Shown: piece after piece, positions 52,612 through 63,993 of the stretch
How positions within the stretch are numbered: the first letter of the stretch is position 1
How the letters are laid out: the number at the start of each line of letters is the position of its first letter
Source: Callorhinchus milii
Taxonomy: Eukaryota
Direction: 5' to 3'
Length of the DNA: 64,000 nucleotides
Assembly (NCBI RefSeq): GCF_018977255.1
Contig: NW_024704742.1
Span: forward strand, 15,440,001 to 15,504,000
Position numbers and translations under genes: made by a program
The notes under the pieces: model-generated
Told to the model about the DNA's origin: nothing
The model's database searches: none
What the model saw: only the letters and a program-made list of their open reading frames with translations

Positions 52612-55231
52612 TGATCGCCTCATCATCCTGGGCGACTTCAACCTGCACTTCACCCCCTCCTGCTCCATCTCCTCGGACTTCTCTTCCCTACTTTCCTCGC
52701 TCAACCTCTCTCTCCACATCAACTCCGCCACGCACAGTCACGGCCACCCACTCGATTTGGTGATCACCCGGGGCCTCAGTGTCTCGGATGTCACCATTAC
52801 CGACAAGGCCATCTCCGATCACCACTTCATCTCCTTCACCACCTCCACCCCCCTCCCCACCTCCACCAGACCCACCACCATCTTCTTCCGCCCCTGGAAG
52901 AAGTTACCCCCACAATCCCTAACCGCTGCCTTGGAGTCCTTTGAACTCCTCTCCCTCTGGCCTTCAACCCTCACTCTCCTGCTCTCACCCTCCTCCACAA
53001 CACCCTCTCCTCCACACTCAACACTCTTGCCCCCATCACCTCCCGTAGTCTCCTACTCTCACTCCTCCCCCTGGTTCACCACCCACCTCCGCTCACTGAA
53101 GAGCCAGGTGCGGGCCGCTGAACGCACCTGTGTCAAATCTGGCCTAACGGTCCACCGACAAATCTGGCTGGACTTCCTCAAAATCTACCACTCCACTCTA
53201 GCTTCGGCCAAGTCGTCCTTCTACTCCAGGATAATCCTGGAGACGAAGAACAACCCCAGGCTTCTTTTTTCTACCACATCCCGACTCCTCCGTTCCCCCC
53301 ACCACCCCGCGTAGGTCATCTCCTCCAACCTTCACTGCGAGGGGATGCTGGATTTCCTTCAATCCAGAATCAAGGGAATCCGCTCCGCGGTGACTCCCCC
53401 TCCAACTTCCACCCACCCCCCATCCCTTCCCTCCCATACACCAACTCCTACCCATCCTCCCCTACACACCTTCAAACCCGTTTCCCCACCCTGTCACCAA
53501 ACTCATCCTGTCCCTGAAACCCACCACCTGCTCCCTTGACCCCATCTCCACTCCACTCCTTATCTCTCAGCTCCACCTCCTTGCCCCACCTATCACAGAC
53601 ATCATCAACCTGTCCTCTCCTCTGGCTCTGTTCCCATTCCCCTAAAAACTGCCATCATCACTCCCACTTTGAAAAAACCTTCCCTTGATGCGTCGCAGCT
53701 ATCAAGCTACCGGCCCATCTCCAACCTCCCCTTCCTGTCCAAGGTCCTTGAAAGAGTTGTTGCCTTCCAGCTGCGCTCTTTCCTCTCCACCCATGCATTA
53801 TTCAAACCCCTTCAGTCGGGTTTCCGTGCTGCCCATAACACAGAAACCGCCCTGGTCAAGGTCACCAATGACATCTTGGCCATCTGCGCCCAGGGCTCCC
53901 TCTGCCTCCTCGTCCTCCTCGACCTATCAGTAGCATTCGATACGGTCGACCACGCTATCCTCCTCCACCGCTTGACCTCCCACCTCAACCTTCAAGGCCC
54001 CGTCCTTGAGTGGTTTAGGTCGTACTTCTCCCACCGTCTTCATTTTGTTTCCGCAAACGGCTTTTCCTCCACCCCCCACACTGTCTCGTGTGGTGTCTCT
54101 CAGGGCTCTGTCCTCGGTCCCCTCCTCTTAACCCTCTATATGCTCCCCCTTGGTGACATCATCCACAGACATGGGGTTAACTTCCACATGTATGCGGATG
54201 ACACCCAACTCTACCTTTCCTCCTCTACCCTCAACTCCACGACCACCGATGTCCTGACAGCCCGCCTGTCCAACATCGAATCCTGGACGAAAGACAACTT
54301 TCTTCAGCTCAACGTGCACAAAACTGAGGCCCTCCTGATTGGCTCACGTCAGCGCCTCCACACCTCAGGCGCTGACAGCATCAGCATCCAAGGCTGCACT
54401 TTCCACCTCTCAAAGCCAGTCAGGAACCTCGGGGTTCTGTTTGACCCTGAGCTGTCCTTTCTTCCTCATATCCGCACCACAACTGGCACCGCCTTCCATC
54501 ACCTCCGAAACATTGCTAGACTACGGCATTACCTCAACCCTCACGCTTCTGAAACTCTGGTCCACGCCTTTATCACCTCAAGGCTGGACTATGGGAACTG
54601 TCTCCTCGCCGGCCTTCCCGGCACCTCCCTCCACAAGCTGCAGGTCATTCAGAACTCTGCAGCTCGTGTACTGTCCCGTACCAGGCTTTGGGGCCACATC
54701 ACTCCCACCCTCGCTCGCCTCCACTGGCTCCCCATCCCCCAGAGAATCGAATTCAAGATCCTCATCCTCACCTACAAGGCCATTCACGGCCTTGCTCCCT
54801 CCTACCTCTCCGACCTACTATCCCCCTACCTACCTGCCCGTACCTTCCGTCCTCTGGCTCCGGTCTGCTCCACATCTCCCGCCCCAACCGCCCTACCATC
54901 GGTGGCCGGGCGTTCAGCCTCTCAGCCCCTAGGCTCTGGAATTCTATCCCCCAGTGCCTTCGCCTTCCTTCCTACCTTTCCTCCTTCAAGGCCGGTCTCA
55001 AAACCTTTCTCTTTGACTGTGCCTTCAGCTCCCCTCTCGACTTCCTACTCCCTCCTCGCTCCCTCCTTTCCTCCCCTCACCCTGACCATTTCCCCCCTCC
55101 TCGCTCCCTCCCTTCCCTCCCTCACCCTGACCATTTCCCCTCTAATCGGGTCCTGACCCCACTGTCCAGTGCCTTATGACGTCCTCCCGACGTAAAAGGC
55201 GCTTTATAAATGGAATCTTGTTGTTGTTGTT
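52612..55231 (+). mobile_element. 5'-truncated young L2 LINE (C-terminal half of EN + RT)
   Basis: ORFs 52529-53314 (GDFNLH...SDHH) and 53669-55156 (YRPISNL, QGSVLGP, YADD); 3' stem-loop and (TTG)n tail; closely similar to the 28-31 kb copy. Confidence 0.95.
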
Positions 55232-56559
55232 TTATATAGAGCCTTAGCACATTGTCAAGACATCTCAAAGCATTTTCTCTTTGAAATGTATTGATGTGTA
55301 TTTGTAGGCATCAAATTTGCACACAGCAATGTCTCACAAATAGCCATGATCAATTTTATTTGGGGGATTGTTGGCCAGTGTACTGGGAGAAACTCCCTTC
55401 TGTTTTGAATAGTGTCATGGGATATTAACACCCACATGAACAGACAGATAGATCTTAGTTTAATGTTGTACTTGCAGGACAGCACCTGCAACAATACAGC
55501 ATTGCATTGGATTGTCAGCCTGGACCATGAGTTCAAAGTCCTCTATGTTTACAACAGAATGCCCATGTTGGTTCTCATTGATAAATCAACAGTAAATGAA
55601 GTGTTCCATCCAACATATTATGTTATGTGGAGGACATTACATAAATGCAATTTGTTGTTGAATATTGATTCCTTACCTGTATTTTGTCACTAATCAGTGC
55701 TGACATTAGGAGAACTTTGCATTGGTCAAAGTTTAATATCATAAACCTCAGTGATATATGAATTTTACCTGTGAAACCTAAACACTGAATTTCTGCATCA
55801 TATGTTCACCCATAATTTTGGTATTCTTGTACAGTGTTGATTTACTTCTTATAGGCACTGTTACTAGTTATCCACCCTCCACCATGATTTGGATGTCCAC
55901 CTCCAGTTTTTCCACTTAACATCCCAAAGTAATGATCACTTACATTGATAGCAAGTCTGGGCAGGAGCACTTTTCTATTTATACTCTAAAATGTAAGAAG
56001 TCAGGCCTAGATTTCTTAAAGAACTTTGCTCCTTTGAAAATAATTCTCTCCTGTTGTTTTATCATTTTAAAATCTTGTGCTGAACATGTCAGCCCAGGGG
56101 GTGAAAAGCTTTCTGATGTATTTATTATTTTCTTCATAAATGTTCTTTGTCGCTGCTAAATTATCCAACAGTTCAATTATATTTCTCTCCCTGTTCCAGG
56201 GAAACAGAGAACGGTAGCAGTAAACAAACAAAACACAAGCCATTATCATGCCATCTGACATTGTACCAGCAGATATCAAGGTAATTGATTAAGTGAAAGC
56301 AGGTTTGAGTTTATGGAAATAGTCTTTTTGTGACACTTGATGAAATCTGGTCCTGAAATGGCCTTGGATGAGGGAGATGGCCAGATAGCAGAACAAAGCA
56401 AATATGTTGCAGCACATTAAATAATCAGATCTGCAAAAATGCAGGATAAATCAGCGTTTAATTGGTATTCACTATATTCTGTTTTATGTACCACATTTAG
56501 GGGCTTTTTACCACTTGTACACAAATTTTAATTTTGGTAACAGATTGAGCAAACCAGTC

Positions 56560-56810
56560 ACTTGGACAGGGAGTCATCCGACACTGCTCCTGTTAACTCC
56601 GTAAGCCAAAGCTCTGACGGGTCGGGTGTTCCTAGCTGGACAAGCAGCGGGAAAGGTTGTCATACGGCTATATCAATGGCAAGCTGTGCAGTTTTAGCTG
56701 GTTAGACTGCAGTAGTACCCCAATGCACACTGTGGGGTCCCAAAGCCTTGGCTTTTGCCAACCTGTGCTTAATACTTTCCGGAATTAGATAAGCAGGATG
56801 AGTCCCTCCA
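56560..56810 (+). mobile_element. Diverged fragment of the same third-clade LINE, about 400 bp upstream of the chemokine ATG
   Basis: tagctggacaagcagcgggaaag...atatcaatgg...ttttagctggtta matches the reverse complement of 22800-22935. Confidence 0.7.
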
Positions 56811-57202
56811 TTCCAGCAATATATATATAAAAAAAATTGCAGCCATCACATTTAGTGCATAAATGTAAAACATGTAGCTTTTTATTGTTTCTGAATTGAG
56901 TTTGTAGGAATGTGGTCAGAATTCTTAAACAAGTAGACTGTTGTGAAGAACTGTGTGTCCTGGACTGAGCATCCATTGTGGGGAAAGGTAAGAGCTGAAA
57001 TCATTCCATCTATCGGCAATTGCTTGCAATTGTCTACATTTTCTCTGTTGTGTGTGATTGCTGGAGGAATGAGGCAGCTGGTCTGATAATGGAAAGATAC
57101 TTGATCAGCGATTATTAACACATGGATGTTTAGAGCAGCAGCGAGTACAGACCTTCTTTGCCAAATACACAGCTCAGAAGAATCAAGAGAACAATATCAA
57201 AG

Positions 57203-57260
57203 ATGAACCGGGAAGCCACTGTGATTATTCTCATGTTGCTTTTATGTGTAGCTGCGCAAG
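57203..57260 (+). CDS. CXC chemokine exon 1 (signal peptide MNREATVIILMLLLCVAAQ-G)
   Basis: ATG in aagATGa context; 19 codons with a hydrophobic core ending A-Q-G, typical of a signal peptidase site; phase-1 donor AAG|GTACGT at 57261. Confidence 0.9.
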
Positions 57261-57969
57261 GTACGTGCAAATTGTAATGTTTGCCAACCTGTGCTTAATA
57301 CTTTCCGGAATTGTGTAATTGTAATGAGGAACATAAGGTTTATTTTAAAGCTAATCTTTTTATATACATATCTTATGAAAGAGGAACTGTGAACTTGCAG
57401 AAGAGTATTTTTAACCTAATCATATACCAAAAATCTTGAGTATAAGTAATGTATGATAAAGCATTTGTTTGTGTATAGTGAACCACTCATTTGTCAGGTT
57501 GGGTCAATTAGTTAACACCCTTGACTTTAGATCACAAGCGTTTGAGTTCAAGGCTCATATCAGGTCTAAAGCTTTACAGTTACAATTGACAGTTTTCAAT
57601 TTTTAATATCTTTGACAGAAAATATTGTCAATAACAACAATTTACATTTATATAGCATGTTTCATGTTGGGAGGACGTCAGTTTCATCTAACTGACAGTT
57701 AGAACAACAGAGCTGACTGGGAGTGAACTAATGTTCATTTTGGATAAATAATTTTAGATTTTTATTGATGATCTTGACTTCAAAAATATCTGACTTCTGT
57801 TGTCAGGTTGCCACAGACATGAATTCCATTTTTGTAGTTAAAAGCATGCCTTAAAAGTCAATAGAAATAGATGTTTATCAATAGGAAATCATTTCCATGT
57901 AATTGTGGAAAAATGACGATTCGCAATATCTATAGATTTCTATAGAAAGTCTACTTATAATTAAGTAAG

Positions 57970-58256
57970 CCCATTTAGGCCATTTAAGAGTGAAATCAGG
58001 ATGCATTTTTTCACTCAAAAGGTGGTAGAAATCTGGAATTTTCTCTCCCAAAAGGCCATGGATGTTGGATCTATCCACACGTTCAAGAGTGAGGGTGATA
58101 GATTTTTGGTAGGTCGGGGTATTAAGGGATACGGGGAGAAAGCAGGAAATTGGAATTGAAAGGATTAGTTTAGGTACAGATCAGTTATGATCTAATTAAA
58201 GGCGGAACGGGCTTGAAGTGCTGAATGGCCTCCTCCTGTTCCCATGTTCCTATGTA
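57970..58256 (+). mobile_element. CR1 3' fragment in chemokine intron 1
   Basis: FFTQKVVEIWN-like terminus plus CR1 3'UTR (gaatggcctcctcctgttcc). Confidence 0.8.
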
Positions 58257-58434
58257 TAATCAAAAATGACATTCCTGTGAAGTTCTGGGGTATCACTCTA
58301 TTGTCAGAGATGGTTGTATTTGTGGTAGATATCAGTGGTTAGAATTTCTGAATTCACATACAATGGCATGTACAAGCATCTGCTAAATGCTGTGGTACTT
58401 GTCCAAGCTGGAATGGCATGTTTAGGGAATCATC

Positions 58435-59480
58435 CAGAATCATAGACTCTTTCAGCATAGAAGGAGGCAATTCAGCCCATCATGCTTGTGCCGGCTCTTT
58501 AGAAGAGTTACCCAATCAGTCCAACTCCCCCACTTTTACTCCATAGTCCTGAATTTTTTTCCTTTTCATTTACCTATCCAATTTCTTTTTGGAAGCTACT
58601 ATCGAATCTGCTTCCACCAGTCTTTCAGGTAGTGTATTCCAGATCGTAACCACTCTCTGGGTAAAAAGATTTCTCCTCATCTCCCCAATGATTCTTTTGC
58701 CAATTAACTTAAATCTGTTCTCTGGTTATCGACCCACCTGCCAGAGGAAATAGTTTTATAATAATAATAATAATCCTTGCATTTGATATAGCGCTTTTCA
58801 CGTCGGGAGGACGTCCCAAAGCGCTTCACAGAACACACTGTAAAGTGAATTGACTGTATATTTGTGGGCGAACGCGGCAGCCAATTGCGCACAGTAATGT
58901 CCCACAAACAGTCGTAGATTGAAAATGACCAATTTATTATTCTTTTTGGCTTTGGAGGGATTATTATTAGGCGTGTGGAGTAAGGAAACTTGCCCAAGGT
59001 TTCGCCCTGCCTGGAATTGAACTCAGGTCTCTCACTTGCAAAGCGAGTGCTCTAACCACTGAGCTACAGGACTCCACATTTACTATTTACTGTATCAAAA
59101 CCCCTCATAATTTTGAACACCTCAATGAAATCTCCTATTAATCTTCTCTTCTCTAAGGAGAACAATCACAGCCTCTCCAGTCTCTCCACATAATTGAAGT
59201 CCCTCATTCCCTGATACCATTCTGGTATATCTCCTTTGCACCCTCTCCAAGGCCCTGGCATACTTCCAAAAATGTGTGCACAGAATTGGACACAATACTT
59301 CAGCTGAGGCCTAATCAGTGACTTGTAAAGATTTGGCATAACCTCCATGCTTTTGTACTCTATGCCTCCATTTATAAAACCAAGGATCCAGTATGCTATT
59401 TTTAACAGCTTTGTCCACTTGTCCTGCCATCTTCAAAGATTTGTGGACGTGAGCCCTCAGGGCTCTGTGTTCCTGCACAG
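58435..59480 (-). mobile_element. CR1 3' fragment in chemokine intron 1, interrupted by a SINE
   Basis: LYKSLIRPQLKYCVQF motif (ORF 59166-59348); CR1 sequence continues on both sides of the SINE at 58758-59077. Confidence 0.88.
58758..59077 (-). mobile_element. tRNA-derived SINE (short subfamily) nested in CR1
   Basis: Near-identical to the 7222 copy; CR1 resumes on both sides. Confidence 0.93.
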
Positions 59481-60150
59481 TGTTCTCTCCTCCCACCCTT
59501 CCCCAAAGAGGATAGTTTTGGACATTGACTCCCCTAAAAGATGAAGAGCTGTGTATAGCAATATGTACCAGACAGTATCAAATTTGCAAACTAATCATTA
59601 TACTGTGAGTTATCAACATGTCTCATAACAGATAATCTAGACGACAGCAAATCCATTCTGTATATTAGGCAACCATGCTGATCTCTTGTGCTTTGAAGCT
59701 GGATGTAGATTCAATTCAGTCAATAATGTAATTACAACAATCCATTCATGTGTACAGAACCCTAGAACTCTGTCCTTCAAATAAACTAAATTATTTTCCC
59801 TTAAATAATCGGTCAAATCCAACGAACTCACTCAGAGGCATAAGCTCTTATGGCCATAATCTGTAGTGTGTTTAAATAAAACATTTCATTTTTTTTTCTA
59901 TTTCTTAATGAAGAATTGCTTTAGAATCTCCACTCCAGAAGTGAATGGAATTTCCTCAGTTTTGCATGGAGTACCTCTGATTATCGGAAGATGTCACTAA
60001 TTATATGATTCAGATTCCTTATTAAGAAACAGAAATATCACATTTACAACCCCGCTATTGCAATAGGGAATCCTGTTCTGACAGGTGGAGGGGAGGGATC
60101 AAAGCATATTGTTGGAAGTTTTGATCTGTATTCCAAATACAACTAACTTG

Positions 60151-61192
60151 GTATGCGGATGACACCCAACTCTACCTTTCCTCCTCTACTCTCAACTCCA
60201 CGAACACCGATGTCCTGACAGCCTGCCTGTCCGACATCGAGTCCTGGACGAGAGACAACTTTCTTCAGCTCAACGTGCGAAAAACCGAGGCCCTCCTGAT
60301 TGGCTCACGTCAGCGCTCCGCACCTCAGGCGCCGACACCATCAGCATCCAAGGCTGCACTCTCCACCTCTCAAAGCCAGTCAGGAACCTCGGCGTTTTGT
60401 TCGACCCTGAGCTGTCCTTTCTCCCTCACATCCGCACCACAACTGGCACCGCCTTCCATCACCTTCGCAACATCGCCAGACTACGGCACTACCTCACCCC
60501 TCACGCTGCTAAAACCCTGGTCCACGCCTTTGTCACCTCAAGGCTGGACTATGGGAACTCTCTCCTCGTCGGCCTTCCTGCCACCTCCCTCCACAAGCTG
60601 CAGGTCATTCAGAACTCTGCAGCTCGTGTACTGTCCCGCACCAGGCTTCGGGACCACATCACTCCCACCCTCGCTCGCCTCCACTGGCTCCCCATCCCCC
60701 AGAGGATCGAATTCAAGATCCTCATCCTCACCTACAAGGCCATTCACGGCCTTGCTCCCTCCTACCTCTCCAACCTACTATCCCCCTACCTACCTGCCCG
60801 TACCCTCCGTTCCTCCGGCTCCGGTCTGCTCCACGTCCCCCGCCCCAATCGCCCTACCATCGGTGGTCGGGCTTTCAGCCTCTCAGCCCCTAGGCTCTGG
60901 AACTCTATCCCCCAGTGCCTTCGCCGCCTCCTCCCTCTCCTCCTTCAAGGCCAGTCTCAAAACCTTTCTCTTTGACCGAGCCTTCAGCTCCCCTCTCGAC
61001 TCTCTTCCCCCTCCTCGCTCCCTCCCTTCCCTCCCTTCACCCTGACCATTTCCCCCCTCCTCGCTCCCTCCCTTCCCTCCCCTCACCCTGACCATTTCCC
61101 CCTGCTCGGGTCATGACCCAACTGTGCAGCGCCTTGGGACGTCCTCCTGACGTGAAAGGCGCTTTATAAATGGAATCTTGTTGTTGTTGTTG
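60151..61192 (+). mobile_element. 5'-truncated young L2 LINE inside chemokine intron 1
   Basis: Begins at the YADD-coding sequence (tatgcggatgac); ORF 60397-60975 is the L2 ORF2 C-terminus; ends in (TTG)n about 137 bp before exon 2. Confidence 0.95.
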
Positions 61193-61329
61193 GTAAATTT
61201 TGATAGTCATTGGTTTGAAAGCATTGGAGCATTTTTCAATTCTGCCTCTTCTGTCCCATTCCTTAGAAAACTGGCTCAGGAAACCAATGTCATCATGTGA
61301 TTAATACATGGATTCCATTTGCTGTGCAG

Positions 61330-61456
61330 GCTTCATTTTGAGACGCGAGGGACGTTGCCGGTGTCCTAGAGCTACCTTGGCCTACATCCCCGTGCAGTAC
61401 ATCAAGAATGTGAACTTTATTCCCAGAGGGTTTAATTGCTTTAAAGAGCAAGTGAT
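61330..61456 (+). CDS. CXC chemokine exon 2 (GFILRREGRCRCPRATLAYIPVQYIKNVNFIPRGFNCFKEQVI)
   Basis: Acceptor tttgctgtgcag|; 127 nt, phase 1 in and phase 2 out; CXC motif with third Cys 24 residues later; donor AT|GTAAGT at 61457. Matches the standard CXC chemokine exon 2 layout. Confidence 0.95.
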
Positions 61457-61756
61457 GTAAGTAATCAGGCCACACTTACTCTAAGCTGTATTTAATATGC
61501 TCTGATCTCTGTCTGAAATTGCCTTGGTTTTAAAAAAAGGTTAGTTCATTTCCAATGCCTCCTCAAGCTTGAGTCACAGATATCCAATCCATTATCAACA
61601 GCATTGCAATAAACCTGAGAACAGAAAACCTGGCTTAATTCCACCCTTTTTTGTTCGTTGTATGTTCACATTTCCTGTCAAATAGAGAAATTGAGATATT
61701 TCCCCAAGTGCATTCTAATAATATCACTTATAGTCTGTCATTGCTGTTCTTTCTAG

Positions 61757-61830
61757 TGTTTTTTTGAAAACTGGAGGTGAAATCTGTGTCAAACCTCGCG
61801 CAAAATGGTTGAAAGAAATCAAAAAGAAAG
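61757..61830 (+). CDS. CXC chemokine exon 3 (VFLKTGGEICVKPRAKWLKEIKKK)
   Basis: Acceptor ttgctgttctttctag| in phase 2; fourth Cys 15 residues after the third; CVxPxAxW chemokine helix motif; donor AAG|GTATGT at 61831. Confidence 0.93.
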
Positions 61831-61839
61831 GTATGTTTT

Positions 61840-62222
61840 ATAATAATAATAATCCTTGCATTTGATCTTGCGCCTTGTCACGTCTTTGAGGCATCTCAAA
61901 GCACTTCATATAATATACTGTAAAGTGAATTGACTGTATATTTTGTGGTGAAACGTGGTAGCCATTTGCGCACAGCAGTGTCCCACAAACAGTCGTGGAT
62001 TAAGTGATCAAATTATTGTTTTTTTTTTTAAATTTGGAAGGGATTATTACCACTGGAAAAGCGATCTGCCAATCGACTAACAATTGGGTTTCTACTTACA
62101 ACTAGGTGAACAGAGGCGTGTGGAGTAAGGAAACTTGCCCAGTGTTTTGCCCTGCTGGGAATCAAACCCACGTTCTATTACTTGCGAGGCAAGTACTCTA
62201 ATCACTGAGCTACAGGACTCCA
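61840..62222 (-). mobile_element. tRNA-derived SINE (long subfamily) immediately after chemokine exon 3
   Basis: (TAA)n tail starts about 9 bp after the exon 3 donor; complete head at ~62222. Confidence 0.9.
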
Positions 62223-62709
62223 TTATCACTAAGCTACAGAATTTCTGCAGAGCTTCTACAAGTAGAGTAGTAACTTTAAGTTAAAGCATGAGTGCTTTAA
62301 GAATGTCTACATATTATTGACAATGGAAAGCTATAAAGGCATACAGTAGTTCTACAGTCTGCAACTTCATCAAGGAAGGGCTGAGCTGTGGTCGAACAAA
62401 AATAATATAAGAAGAGTCAGAAGGGTTGTCAAACCGGTTCTATCTGTCTATCTCACTGTCATTCCAAAGCAATTATTATGTTATACAGTGGACTTGGAAG
62501 AGTGGAGGAATAGCAAGAGAATGTGAAAAACTGGAAGCATTATCTTTTTTCTTTTATTACGGTGCTCCGAGCAAGCTACAGATCAAAAGAAGAAATCAGT
62601 CACTAGGGAATGCTTCAGAACATGTTACCTCTGCAAATTAATAACATTCATATATTTTTTTATCCTGAGCACAATCTTCTCACAAAGTCAGCATTGATTT
62701 GTGTTTCAG

Positions 62710-63160
62710 CCTAGCTCAGTGTGTCAGCCTACCTTACTCTTGCCTCTGAGTCAGAAGCACACGTTGGGATTTGGAATCACATAGACTACACATAGACTAC
62801 ATTCCAATGCTGTGATGGGGTGTTGCATTATTGGAGGTGCTGTATTCTTAAACCTTATTTGTAGGTGAAAGCCAACTTGCACATAGAAATATCCCACAAA
62901 CCTCATGAAGTGAGTGACCAATTTTTACTTGGGGGATTGTTGGCCAGGACACTCCCTTCCTTTTTTGAATAGTGTAAAGGGATCTTTAACGTCCACCTGT
63001 ACAGGCACAGACAAGACCTCGGTTTAATGTCTCATGCAGAGGATGGTACCTCTGACAATGCAGCACATTCACTGCACTGGAGTGTCATCATAAACTATGT
63101 GAGTTCAAAGTCCCACAAACGTCTGACTCAGAGATGAGAGTGTTTCGACTGAGCTAGGTG
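62710..63160. mobile_element. Ancient Deu-type SINE remnants; similar ones near 5.2-5.4, 10.9-11.2, 18.1-18.4, 38.0-38.4, 40.8-41.1, 42.4-42.6, 51.5-51.8 and 55.3-55.5 kb
   Basis: Recurring diverged motifs gggatctttaacgtccacctg, ctcggtttaatgtctcatcc, ctgactcagag. Confidence 0.65.
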
Positions 63161-63400
63161 AACACATGAGCAAGTGAAAACAAGAGATTAAAAATAATTA
63201 ACAAGCAAAATACAGCCTGAACCAAACTAAACTTTCCACCTGTATATAAAATAAATGCCAACAGAAGTTTGAAACGAGCAGAGTTCCAATAATTCACGTA
63301 ATATAAACTGTGAGGAATACATTCTCAAGCAGGGATTGGTCCATCAACTGAAGACAGAAGCAAAGCTGCCTTTTCTGCTAAAGAGCCACTGAACAAGCTT

Positions 63401-63513
63401 TTCCTGGAATTCACGCAAGTTGCGTCACATGATCATATGCTTGAATGAACTTTTGAATGTGTGCAGCTTTGCAGAAACCTCCTTAGGCACTTCAAAAAGC
63501 AGAAACTGAAACT
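63401..63513. promoter_or_regulatory. GAS + ISRE motif pair 3' of chemokine exon 3
   Basis: TTCCTGGAA (GAS consensus) at 63401-63409 and GAAACTGAAACT (ISRE) at 63502-63513. Confidence 0.4.
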
Positions 63514-63599
63514 GTAAGATTGCAAGCAGACAGACAGAAATGGATACCGGCACAGACACAATGGGCAAATGACCTCCTTCTGTGCTGTATAATTCTATG

Positions 63600-63862
63600 A
63601 GATGCACACAGGCAGACACAGAGACAAACACATACAGACAAACACAAAGAGATGCAGAAAGATGCACAAGACAGAGATAGAGAGACAGATGCACACACAG
63701 TAACACAGAAATACACATTCAGGGAGATACAGAGGCAGTCACACACACAGAAACACACAGAGATGCAGAAATATACAGAGATAAAGAGACAGACACACAC
63801 ACACAGAAACGCACAGAAACACACAAATATGCAGAAATATACAGACAGCAGAGAGCAACAGA
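63600..63862. repeat. Degenerate CA/GA microsatellite
   Basis: Recurring acacagag/agatgcagaaa units; explains ORFs 63425-63872. Confidence 0.85.
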
Positions 63863-63910
63863 GGAAAGCCAATGACTTAAATCAGCTGCTACCCTCCTCT
63901 TTTGCCTCAG

Positions 63911-63993
63911 ACACTGATCTCAGTCGTCAGAAAGCATTTCAACATGGGGATTCCTTCAGGATATGCCAAGATTTTTGGGAGAGGAGCATTTGA
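63911..63993 (+). CDS. Probable CXC chemokine exon 4 (DTDLSRQKAFQHGDSFRICQDFWERSI*), giving a 113-aa precursor
   Basis: Strong pyrimidine-rich acceptor ccctcctcttttgcctcag|; open in phase 1 to TGA at 63991-63993. No homology support, and alternative C-termini exist (see findings). Confidence 0.5.

Noticed and set aside
53669..55156. 495-aa ORF as a host gene or domesticated reverse transcriptase
   Set aside because: Ordinary truncated L2 ORF2, frameshifted near the C-terminus and near-identical to other copies.
63425..63872. Cys/Val-rich hydrophobic ORFs, and the Arg/Glu-rich ORF at 9622-9834
   Set aside because: Translations of microsatellite tracts.
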